Assembly (NCBI GenBank): GCA_009602735.1
Contig: WELA01002099.1
Span: forward strand, 337,351-371,336
DNA from: Mesotaenium endlicherianum
Taxonomy: Eukaryota
Direction of reading: 5' to 3'
DNA: 33,986 nucleotides
Part shown: piece by piece, positions 23,236 through 33,722 of the stretch
How the letters are laid out: every line of letters begins with the position of its first letter
Position numbering within the stretch: position 1 is the first letter of the stretch
Translations under genes and position numbers: made by a program
The notes under the pieces: model-generated
Seen by the model: only the letters and a program-made list of their open reading frames with translations
Told to the model about the DNA's origin: nothing
The model's database searches: none

Positions 23236-26200
23236 ATGGTGGAGCTAAGAAGTGGCTTCAAGTACGCGGAAGATAGCTCTTTGGAAGACAAAGACGAGTG
23301 TAAAGTCCAAAGAGAATCCAACCAGGGATTTACGAGTCCGTTGGTGATTGCTCTAGAGGCAGGGGGACGGTATCGTCAGTACGCTGACGTTGATCTTGAG
23401 GGCAGCCCAAGAATGGTGCTGACCCATGAAGAGAAGGAGGAAAATGCCTCCTCCTATTGCTTTAGTGGAAGGCCTGGTACGGCGGAGTTGGAAGATATCA
23501 TTTCCGAGTGGGAGGCAGGTTATGCCAAGGAAAGCTTGAGGACGTTGGCGCTTGCAAAGCGAGTTGCATTCGAGTTTCTCAGGCGCCACTTGGCTCATGA
23601 GGCAAGGACTATGTACCGGGACCACAAGGCAGAGCTGCTCACGCGCACAGAGCTTGTGCCAGGTGATGCAGATGCACCAACAAAGTTGGTGGAATATTCA
23701 ATTACGCTCTTCTGGGGTACACTCAAGGAGAACTTCTCCGCGAGAGATGAGAAGGTGGTGGAGCTCACCAACTTCTAGTGCAAGGCTGGAGAGACCTTGC
23801 TGATGATGTATGAGAGAATTCAACGGCTGCTACCAGACACGGATGTCATGAGTGATCGCCAAGCAGCGCTGGTCTTCTTGTAGGCTCTTAGCCCGGAGCA
23901 TCAAAAGGCAATGAAGATTTCGCTCTTCCATGCTCATGGACAGCGGTTCTCCTTAAGGCAAGCATTTGAGGCAGCGAAGATGATGGACTCCGACGAGACG
24001 TAATTCAAGGTGACGAAGGAGGTGGGTTGCATGGACAACGATTCTCCTTAAAGCAAGCATTTGAGGTAGCGGAGACGATGGACTCCGGCGAGACATACTT
24101 CAAGGCAACGAAGGAGGTGCCAGTCCACCCTCCAAGGGCTGCGCCTACAGCTACGCCGATGGCAATGCGTATGCTAGGGCGTACCAGGAAGTTCTTCCCC
24201 AACCAGCGTCCTCGTGGAGGAGCGATGGCGGCTTCAGCCGTACTTGATGGTGCGTGTTGGAAGTTTGGGAGAAATTGTCATATGAAGAAGGAATGCCCTC
24301 AAGCAATGGGCAGCCATAGCAACATCCAATGCTAGAACTGCCATAAGATGGATCATGGGGCACTCAGAGGATGAGTGTTGGCCACAGCATTCTCGAGAGA
24401 ATCCTCACTTAAAGACCAATTGGGGCGCTGCTGGAGGACGTGAAGAGAAGGAGTATGAGAGGAAGGACAAAGGCAAGGGGCTTGGGTTGAGTAAAGGGCA
24501 AACCTCACTGGGTGACGCAATGGAGATGGCCCAGTTGCAATCTGCCCTAGCATCAAGCCGCGCACAAGCGGCGAAGCTGACTCGTAACACGGCAAGTTGC
24601 AGCTATGCGGAGGAAGATGCATGCGGAGCAATCTACGCATCTCCGGTTTCCATGGCGGGGCCAGCGTTGTTGTCGGGGCCAGATCATGGTCGACAACACA
24701 AGGAGATGACAAAGCTTCCGCGCTCATTTCAGATTATGGAAGAGGCGAAGGAGGACGAGCCTAAAGAGGTGGGGCTTGCTTTGCACGGGCTGAGCATGCA
24801 CGCGAGCACCGAGCTCTTGTCGGTGGCTCTCTATTGCAACCCTATCCTTACGCTCTTGGACATGGGCGTGAAGACGGAGCAAGTGTGCACGACGGTGACT
24901 ACCATGCTACTGAAGGAGAGTGGACACCCGGGGTCGGTAGCCCAAGTTGGAGGCGCGGCACGACCTATATCCAAGAGCGAAAGGAGGCCGGCCCCAATGC
25001 AGCGTTCCTGGACAATGCGCAAGGAATGGTGGTCATTCACAACTATGTGCCAAGCAAGTTCATGTTTGACACAGGTGCGCAGCCCTTACTCATAAGTGAG
25101 ACGGCATTAAAGAGATGGGCTTGAAGAGGGCAGATCTGGAACCCGCGCCTATGCGGATCAATACAACGGCGGGTACGATAGAATCTGTCTTGGGGCGCAC
25201 AAGGGCGCGGTGGTGACATTCGTCTTCAAGCCGGGGATTGCCGACACGACAACGATACAAAAGAAGTATCTTGTGACAAAGGCCGCGACGTTTCACGTAC
25301 TGCTTGGACAAGATGTGCTCAGTTCTATTGGGGCTGGAGTTGACAACTGGCTCAAGAAGGCGCACTATCGACCAGGTTGGTCTACGAGCGATAGACGCAA
25401 GAAGTACCTGCCCATAATGCTCATCAATGATGTGTATAAAGCATTGCAGTGCTGTGGGGTTGTGGTCTACTTGCATGGAGAGTCTTTGCGGCAAAATGCT
25501 CCTGTGGATGAGCAAGAAGGCAAAGGAGACTTGAAAGAAAGCGGCAAGGACTTGAGCCTGCCCATATCGGAGGGACGCTGAGAAGTGTTCATCAACTTCA
25601 CGGATTTCTTGACAAGTGAGATGGCGGGGCTGCGAGAGCGCGCCTAGGAAGCGGCACGGCTGGGACACGTTCCGGTCAACGAGGTGCTAGAGACTAGTGG
25701 CATTGTGGAGCTGCACATGCCAGAAGCAGAGCAAGTTCAGGCAGAAGAGCAGCTACAAGTCGAGGAGGGCAAAGCGCCGGAGCAAGCTGGTGTCGCACCT
25801 GTGGACGGGGGAAATGAGGAGTCAAAGGAGGCTCTTGACGTGCATGCTGCTGCTGTATACTATAAAGAAGAAGAACCTTCATTGGAGGTTGCTGATATGC
25901 TCGCTACAACTGAGCATTATAAAGAGCTAGAGGAGCCGGTGTTGGCTCCTGGTGCCACATTTAGGGAACCACTTTACGAGGGTGAAGAAGCGCCAGTATA
26001 TGGCGTGGACAAGCACGTTGAATGCGTGCCGATGGAAGAAGGAGAAGGAGACTTGCGCCTCAACGCGGAGCAGGTGGTGCAAATCAACACCACGCTTGCC
26101 GCCAAAAGGGAGACTATGGAGGAAGAGGATCGTGTGAAGGCAGCCCAAGGTGCGGCTGAAGAACATCGCCTGGAGCTTGAGAGGAGTGTGGTGGAATCTA

Positions 26201-26445
26201 AGGCGCAAGAAGATGGGCTACTAGCGCAAGCTAGAGCCATGGAGGAGACTCACTATGCGCTGGAGCAGCAAGTTGCTGAGCAAGAGTGCAAGAGTTGGAG
26301 CTTCTTGAGCAAGCAATTGCCCAATTGCCATAGAAAGAACTCGTGGTTTAAGAAGGGCGCAACTTGTGGATATTGCAGCGGTGCTTCAAACGGAGTACTT
26401 CCTTAGAGAGGAGTCGAAGTCGGAGGAGAAAGCCGACGCTGTGGA
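23236..26445 (+). pseudogene. Element D: decayed gag (two zinc knuckles), aspartic protease and long Glu-rich extension of a retroelement
   Basis: MVELRSG start; CWKFGRNCHMKKEC and C*NCHKM..HSEDEC knuckles; FMFDTGAQPLLIS at ~25060 and VLLGQDVL. Stops and frameshifts present. Cut by repeat C at 26446; no RT in the window. Confidence 0.75.
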
Positions 26446-27140
26446 TGTAACGATCCGAGCTTTTTACGCGTATTTACAATGTTTCTCTAATTACCTAAAG
26501 CATTTCACTTTCTATTTATAGTAGATTGCATGTTTGTCGAATTATTCTGGAACACACGTGTGCCGACTAATTCCCGGTCGATTGGCGAAACGACCAGAAT
26601 ACCATTGCAAAAACGTAAAGTAATTTGATTAGTTCCCAAAAGTATAACGTAATTGACAATAAAGTTACTTCGATTAACTATGGCGGAATAACTTAATTAA
26701 TCACGGGATGATTGAGTTATTTTAACTGTCACTATTTTGGATATTAACAGTCATTGTTTTCGGTTTACGACGCGTCGTGAACCCGACATCAAACACAAAG
26801 TTGTGGCCCAAGGGAGCCACCGGTCGAAATCGAACCTGCGACCTCCCGGTCGACGAGGCGCGCTTCCGCGACAGTCGTAAAATTTAAACGATACAATATG
26901 CAAACTTACTTCGCAATTTGGCAGGTTCGAACCCGCGACCTCTTGTTTAAATCGTTCACACCTCACCGACTTGGCCAAGTAGTTCTTATAACTACTGGTT
27001 TGTGGCCGATGAATTGTACGCAATCTTGCAAACAGTCGCGACTTTCAGAAAGTTGCGTGAACGCAAAAACAGCCGTTTTGGCGTAAAACGGTTTCTCGGA
27101 AACCGTCGAAAAGTCTCGAAGCGGCGAAACGGCGCGTTAC
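26446..27140 (+). mobile_element. LTR-like repeat C, copy 2 (5' part, interrupted by A2)
   Basis: Starts TGTAACGATCCGAGC; aligns to 17805-18510; contains tRNA-like A and B boxes on the minus strand. Confidence 0.75.
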
Positions 27141-27855
27141 TGAAATGAATCGACTTACTAAAAAGGCGATTAAGAATTAAGATCTTTATATCAGCAAGTA
27201 ATTCTTATGGTATTTTATGTTGATTGATATAACACTAAAAGACAACACACTAGCAGTGGACAATACTCTTAAATCAAATAGAAGTAAACTAGCATCAATA
27301 ATGCAATCAGTAATCTCACACATAAGCAAGGCTAGGAGACAGTGCATATCAATCGCTTCTCGCCTTAATTTTAGATCTCTCTCAGTAAGCTGTACAAGAG
27401 AGTTGGCCTCCTTTCCAAATGCCGAACTCGGGAGCAATACCTAGCATATGTACATGGAATGAGTTTACTGTTCAACTTCCAGTACGATGGCACCGCCTAC
27501 CCGGGAGTTAACCACGTTGGTAGGACCTCGGTTAACCAAATCCACCGCCATCTCCCATCATCCCGAATCGCCATCCATCCTAAGGATGTCATCTGGCCAT
27601 TTATCTAGCCTATCACACTTAGATGCATATCGGGGCAGTTCGCTGCTACCGAGTACGGAAGTCAGCTGGCTGTCAAAGAATGTGTCAGCAAGCTGTCCTA
27701 AGTTGACTTCAGCCGGCTGCCCCCGGCTGAGTCGTTTAATTGAGGATTTTATAAAATCCAGCAGACTCCATATTAACTAAAGTTCAGCAGGCTGAACTTA
27801 TATAACGATTATATTATAATGAATATTAAATCAATCAATATACTAATTCATTACA
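27141..27855 (-). repeat. 3' LTR of A2
   Basis: TG...CA termini, family A homology, adjacent PPT. Confidence 0.94.
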
Positions 27856-27940
27856 ATCCCTCCAACTTAACATGTTGTCGCCTGGAGAACACTAATACTA
27901 GTAACAGCGTGCTGTCCCTTCCATCCCCAGCCTACGGCCA

Positions 27941-29597
27941 TTAGGAGGGAGATGTCCTTGGGGCCCTATACTCAGGGGAGCCAGACCTCCTCCTTTCTTG
28001 ATGTCACCTGAAGCCTGGGGGATCCACGTAGGGGCCCCGCGGAGAACGCAGTAACTAGGCTGTTTCCTCTTGCACAGTTTGAAACTGAAGGGAGGCAGCC
28101 TTGTCCTGGGCAGCCTTCAAACGGACAGGTACATATACCGGCATCCCAGAAGGATGTTGCATGACATGAGCCAAGGGCACATGCCCTCTCTGCGAGGGAG
28201 ATGCTGGCAGGCCTCTGGCTATCTTCCTAGCAGCCCTCCTGTCTGCCCTGTCTGACTGGGACTCCGTGCCTGCAGATGGGCTTTGTCCTCTGGCAGTTCC
28301 CAGCCAAGTGATGTCCTCCTCTTTAGCGAGCTGTTGCAAAGCCATCCCAATCTTCCCCCTTATAGGGGATGTGGCGGGTGTCAGGATCACAGCGAGGCTA
28401 GTGTCCTCCTCCTCGCCTTCCTCTTCTCCTTCCTCTGACCCCTCCTCCTCTCCTTCCCCTGGTTCCTCTGAGACCGCTGGGGTCTCCTCTGTCAGCTGCT
28501 CTAGCTCTTCCCGAGAAAAAGAATACCCCACTGACCTTCCCTTTTTGGGTGCTGGTGGAGGCTGTTGAGTCCGGACCGCATATAGGTCCTTTTCTCCCTG
28601 CTTGCTTGCCCATTTGGCATAAGCATGCTTCTCTTTAGAGAATGACTCCCGGGCCCTGCTCCTGTCCTCCTGTAGTTCTTGGCTCATGCAGTCTCTTACT
28701 CCATCTAGTCTTGGTCCCAAGCTGCAATGTGAGGAGGCAACAGTATGGTCCCCTGTAGGTCTGTTAAGAAATTCTCATCCTTCGCCTTGTCATTCTGCTG
28801 GTCCCTCATGTTGATGGTCATCCACTGCCAATCGGTGGGCTTCTGGATAAAGGCAGGATTTGTCCTTTTCAGAGTGCACGGGTACCAGTGACCTGCGAAG
28901 TCCAGCTGACTGGTTTCCTGGCCAAGAACTCCCAGCTTCTCCTCTCCACCTCATTATACATGGCCTTGAATTATCTATGGGGTGTAGAGTCCTTAAAGCT
29001 GTCCGCGTCCATGGGGATCATCCTAATGACCCTATCCTTTCCCCAGATACCTGGGATTGATACAGCTCCTGTCTCATTCACTTGGGCCATTGCCTTGGCC
29101 TCTCTGACTGTATACCCTACCATCCTGGCATAATCGTGGTAGGGGAATAGCCTTGTGCTGACCTCGATATACTTGTCAAAGTGTTTGGATGTCTCCCCTT
29201 CCCTTTGCCGGATGTCCTGCTGTGCCTCACTGCGACTTCTCTGGGCATACTTGAAGGCCTCCTCCAGTAGATCAAAGCCCTTGCCCAGTATTGTGTAGCG
29301 ATAGCTACTGATTCTCCTCTGTTCTTCTTCTTCAGCCTGCTGCTTCCGCCTCTCCTCGGCTTGCCTCTCCTCTTCCGCCTTCTTGGCCTCCTCTGCAGCT
29401 TTTCTGTCCAGTTCTTCCTGCCTCAGCCTGGCTTGCTCCTCCTCCTCCTTCTTCTTTTGTGCCTCTTGCTGTTGTTGGATTCGTTGTGATTCCCGAGCGA
29501 AGATGGAGGATGATTCGATGTCGCCACGGAATTGCAAGTATTCTGCATGTGCCTCTTCCGCTCTTCTCTTCCTCTTAAGTTCCGACTTCTGGGTCAT
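27941..29597 (-). pseudogene. Extra 3' ORF (ORF-X) of A2, disrupted by stops and frameshifts; function unknown
   Basis: Colinear with 31784-33343. ORF-track pieces 28971-29606 and 28055-28720. Shares the terminal SPS*(TAA). Confidence 0.88.
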
Positions 29598-29820
29598 CCT
29601 GCTCAATCATAAACACAATGCAGTCAGTGAAGTCATGATACTCTGCCGCTACTGAGTGCCCGTGGTTAAGAAGAAAGTGATAGGGAGAGTTCCTAGTATG
29701 TAGTACCTTGTGTGAGTGTGTGAGTGAGTATAAGAGAGAGTTGAGTTAAAGTGAAAAAGTGAGTATGGGCGCAAGTTGAGTGTGTAGAAAACTTATAAAA
29801 TTTGACACACTCCCTCCAAC

Positions 29821-29906
29821 TTAATTTTAAAGGTGGGCTGCCTGTCACAATTGTCACTATCTGTTAATTTTAAAGGTGGGCTGCCTGTCACAATTGTCAC
29901 TATCTG
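29821..29906. repeat. Exact 43-bp tandem duplication
   Basis: ttaattttaaaggtgggctgcctgtcacaattgtcactatctg twice; single in A3. Confidence 0.93.
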
Positions 29907-30023
29907 TCACTAACTGTCACATTCCCCTCCGACTTATACGGAGACAGGACAACCTGTCACCTGTCCATGGCCACTGAAATGATAGTTAGGGAGGGGTGCC
30001 AGCCGCCCGAAGGTGGAACCGTT

Positions 30024-30944
30024 TCAACGCCCTTTGGCATTGGTCAGCTGGTCTTTAAATTCCCAAGTGTCCCCAGAGGAGTCGTAACCCTTCCATCTGA
30101 CCAGGTACTTCATGACATATTTAGATGATCGACGGACGGAGCGAGCTTCTAAAATCTCCTCCACCTCATACTCCTCAGGGTCACCAATCCGGACAGCGGG
30201 GACCGGTCCCGATTGGACAAGTAATCGACCGGTGAACTGTGTGTCACCTTTGATGTATGGTTCCAGGAAGGAGACATTAAAGACAGGCTGACCCTTATAT
30301 TCTGCTGACATATTCAGTTTGTAAGTATTATGACCGACCCGGCGCACCACCAAATATGGACCGACCCAAACAGGACCAAGCTTTTTCTTGACCACACCAG
30401 GCAGGTACAGGTGCTGAGAATGCAGTTTGACCAAATCGCCCTTAGAAAATATCAGTTCTCGACGATGCTGATTAGCGTATTTTTGTTGGTTTGCCTGGAC
30501 TTTGTGCTGGTTCTGTTGGACTTCTGACAAGGTATCAGCAAACTCTTGTGTTAATTGGAGGGAGACCGGAATGTCAATCCCGTCAGGGTGAGTTAAAGAC
30601 TTCCCCAGTACATCTAAAGGAGACTTAGGGACTCAACCCAAGCTCAGTTCAAAAGAAGTCTTGCCCGTTGACGCGTGCACCGCACTGTTGATCGCAAACT
30701 GGATTTGAGGTTTCAGGTCATCCCAATTATCTTGTTTTTGGTTAATATAGGCTCTTAGTACCTCTTGCAGAACTCGGTTTGTTCTTTCAGTCTGCCCATC
30801 AGTTTGAGGGTGGTTTGCTGTGCTGAGCAGCGGCTTGACTCCCATAAATTCCATTAAAGCTCTCCAGAACTTAGAGGTAAATTTTGAGTCTTCGTCTGAG
30901 ATGATATTAGAGGGTAGCCCATGTTGGCATACTACATGGTTGTA
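30024..30944 (-). pseudogene. pol: A2 integrase core, GPY motif and type I chromodomain
   Basis: HGLPSNIISDEDSKF, HPQTDGQTER, WVGPY, EEYEVEEIL...YLVRWKGYDSSGDTWE. In-frame TGA at 30633; 1-bp deletion near 30030 relative to A3. Confidence 0.94.
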
Positions 30945-31664
30945 TGAAATGAATCGACTTACCAAATAGGCGATTAATAATTAATGAAGATCTTTACATC
31001 AGCAAGTAATCTTTATGGATTTTCCGTTAACTGATTAAACGGCAAAAGGACAACACGCTAGCAGTGAACAACACTCGTAAGTCAAATGCGAGTAAACTAG
31101 CATCAATAATGCAATCAGTAAACTCATACATAAGCAAGGTTAGAAGACAGTGCGTATCAATGGCTTCTTGCCTTAATTTTAGATCTCTCTCAGTAAGCTC
31201 TACAAGAGAGTTGGCCTTGTTTCTAAATGCCGAACTCGAGAGCAATGCCTAGCATATGTACATGGAATGAGTTTACTGTTCAACGGCCAGTGCGATGGCA
31301 CCGCCTACCCGGGAGTTAACCACGTCGGTAGGACCTCGGTTAACCAAATCCACCGCCATCTCCCATCATCCCGAATCGCCATCCATCATAGGGATGTCAT
31401 CTGGCCATTCATCTAGCATACCACACTTGTATGCATATCGAGGCAGTTCGCTGCTACCGAGTACGGAAGTCAGCTGGCTGTCAAAGAATGTGTCAGCAAG
31501 CTGACTTAAGCTGACTTCAGCCTGCTGCTTCCGGCTGAGTCATTAAACTGATATTAAACATGAAGTCCAGCAGACTGATTATTAACTAGAGTTCAGCAGG
31601 CTGAACTTATTTAATTGTTATATTTAAATGAATATTATATCAACCAATATGCTCATTCATTACA
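30945..31664 (-). repeat. 3' LTR of A3 (720 bp)
   Basis: TG...CA termini, family A homology, adjacent PPT. Confidence 0.94.
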
Positions 31665-31783
31665 ATCCCTCCAACTTAACATGTTGTCGCCTCGACAACA
31701 CTGACACAGGGGACATGGATTTCCCCAACTGAAATTACCAACCCCTCTCCCATACAACGTGCTGTGCCCTAAGCCCTCTGCCC

Positions 31784-33343
31784 TTAAGAGGGAGATGCCC
31801 CTGGGGCCCTAAGGTCAGGAGAGTCAGACCTCCTCCTGTCTTGAGGTCTTCTGAAGCCTGTCAGAGAGGGAGGCTCTGCGTAGGGACCCTGCGGAGCATG
31901 CAGTAACTGTGCGATTTCCTCCTGCATGATTTGAAACTAAATGGAGGCAGCCTTCTCCTAATCAGCCCTCAAACTGACTGGTACATATACCGGCATCCCA
32001 AAAGGATGTTGCATGACATGAGCTAAGGGTACATGCCCTCTCTGCGAAGGAGATGCCGGCAGGCCTCTGGCTATTTCTCTAGCAGCCCTCCTGTCTGCCT
32101 TGTCTGACTGGGTCTCCGTGCCTGGAGATGGGCTCTGTCCTATGGCAGTTCCCAGCCAAGTGATATCCTCCTCTTCTTCCTCTGACCCCTCCTCCTCTCC
32201 GTCCCCGGGTTCCTCTGAGACTACTGGGGTCTCTTCTGTCAGCTGCTCCAGCTCCTCCCGAGAATAAGAATATCCCACTGACCTTCCCCTTTTGGGTGCT
32301 GGTGGGGGCTGCTGAGTGCGGACCGCATACAGGTCCTTTTCCCCCTGCTTGCTTGCCCATTTGGCATAAGCGTGCTTCCCTTTAGAGAATGACTCTCGGG
32401 CCCTGCTCCTGTCCCCCTGCATTTCTTGGCTCATGCAGTCTCTTACTCCATCCAATTTTGGGTCCCAAGCCGCAATGTGAGGGGGCAATACTATATTCCC
32501 CTTTAGGTCTGTTAGGAAATCCTCATCCGTCGCCTTGTCGTTCTGCTGGTCCCTCATGTTGATGGTCATCCACCGCCAATCGGTGGGCTTCTGGAAGAAG
32601 GCAGGGTCTGTCCTTTTCAGAGTACAAGGGTACCAGTGCCCTGCAAAGTCTAGCTGACTGGTTTTCCTGGCCAAGAATTCCCAGCTCCTTCTCTCCACCT
32701 CATTATACATGGCCTTGAACCTGTTATGGGGTGTAGAGTCTTTAAAGCTATCCGCGTCCATGGGGATCATCCTGATGACCCTATCTTTCCCCCAGATACC
32801 CGGAATCGATACAGCCCCTGCTTCATTCACCTGAGCCATTGCCTTGGCCTCTCTGACCGTATATCCTACCATCCTGGCGCAATCGTGGTAGAGGAGGAGC
32901 CTTGTGCTGACCTCTATATACTCGTCAAAGTTTTCGGATGTCTCCCCTTCATTCTGTAGGATGTCCTTCTGTGACTCGCTGCGACTTCTCTGAGCATACT
33001 TGAAGGCCTCCTCCAGTAGATCGAAGCCCTTGCCCAGCACTGTGTAGCGATAGCTGCTGATTCTCCTCTGCTCTTCTTCAGCCTTCTGCTTCCGCCTCTC
33101 CTCAGCTTGCCTCTCCTCCACTGCTTTCTTGGCCTCCTCTGCAGCTATTCTGTCTAGTTCTTCCTGCCTCAGTCTGGCCTGTACCTCCTCCTCCTTCTTC
33201 TTCTGTGCCTCCCGCTGTTGTTGGAGTCGTTGTGATTCCCAAGCGGAGATGGAGGATGATTTGATGTCGCCACGGAATTGCAAGTACTCTGCATGTGCCT
33301 CTTCCGCTCTTCTCTTCCTCTTAATTTCTGACTTTTGAGTCAT
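31784..33343 (-). CDS. Extra 3' ORF (ORF-X) of A3: 519 codons, open for 461, with two late TAG stops; coiled-coil/acidic protein of unknown function
   Basis: ATG at 33343 (the ORF-track start at 33352 is GTG). The frame continues past TAGs at 31958 and 31937, both CAG in A2, to the SPS*TAA shared with A2. Confidence 0.88.
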
Positions 33344-33722
33344 CCTGCTCACTCATCAACACAATGCAGTTAGTGAAGTCATGATATTTTGCCGCTCCTG
33401 AGTGCTCTTGATGTAGAGGACACGATAGGACGAGTTCCTAATTTGGAATACTTGGTGTGAGTGAATATCAGGGTAAATTGAGTTTAGACAGAAAGTGAGT
33501 GTAAGCGCGGCTAATCCCAAGACAAAACACCACTCCCTCCAACTTAATTCTAAAGGTGGGCTGCCTGTCACAACTGTCACTAACTGTCACATTCCCCTCC
33601 AACGTATATGGAGACAGGACCTCCTGTCACCTGTCCCTGGCTACGAAAATGACAGTGAGGGAGGTGCCCCAGCCGCCCGAAGGTGGAAACGTTTCAACGC
33701 CCCTTTGGCATTGGTCAGCTGA

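Larger units (their letters stand above)
27141..30944 (-). mobile_element. Family A chromovirus copy A2, 3' half (integrase-chromodomain, extra ORF, PPT, 3' LTR)
   Basis: LTR 27141-27855 preceded on the minus strand by the PPT TTAAGTTGGAGGGAT (27856-27870). Integrase interrupted at 30944 by A3. Confidence 0.93.
30945..33722 (-). mobile_element. Family A copy A3, 3' part, nested in the integrase of A2
   Basis: LTR 30945-31664, PPT 31665-31679, ORF-X, and integrase C-terminus QLTNAKGALKRFHLRAAG at ~33640-33722. Confidence 0.93.

Noticed and set aside
18218..26982. Functional tRNA genes in repeat C
   Set aside because: Only A/B boxes and a T-arm one base short are present; acceptor and anticodon stems do not pair.
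27135..27140. GTTAC at 27136-27140 as the right terminus of C copy 2
   Set aside because: Alignment with copy 1 shows C continues ~300 bp further; this is the A2 insertion site.
31784..33343. ORF-X as a true envelope gene or a host gene
   Set aside because: No hydrophobic signal or TM segment is visible. It is intronless and occupies the same position inside two retroelement copies.
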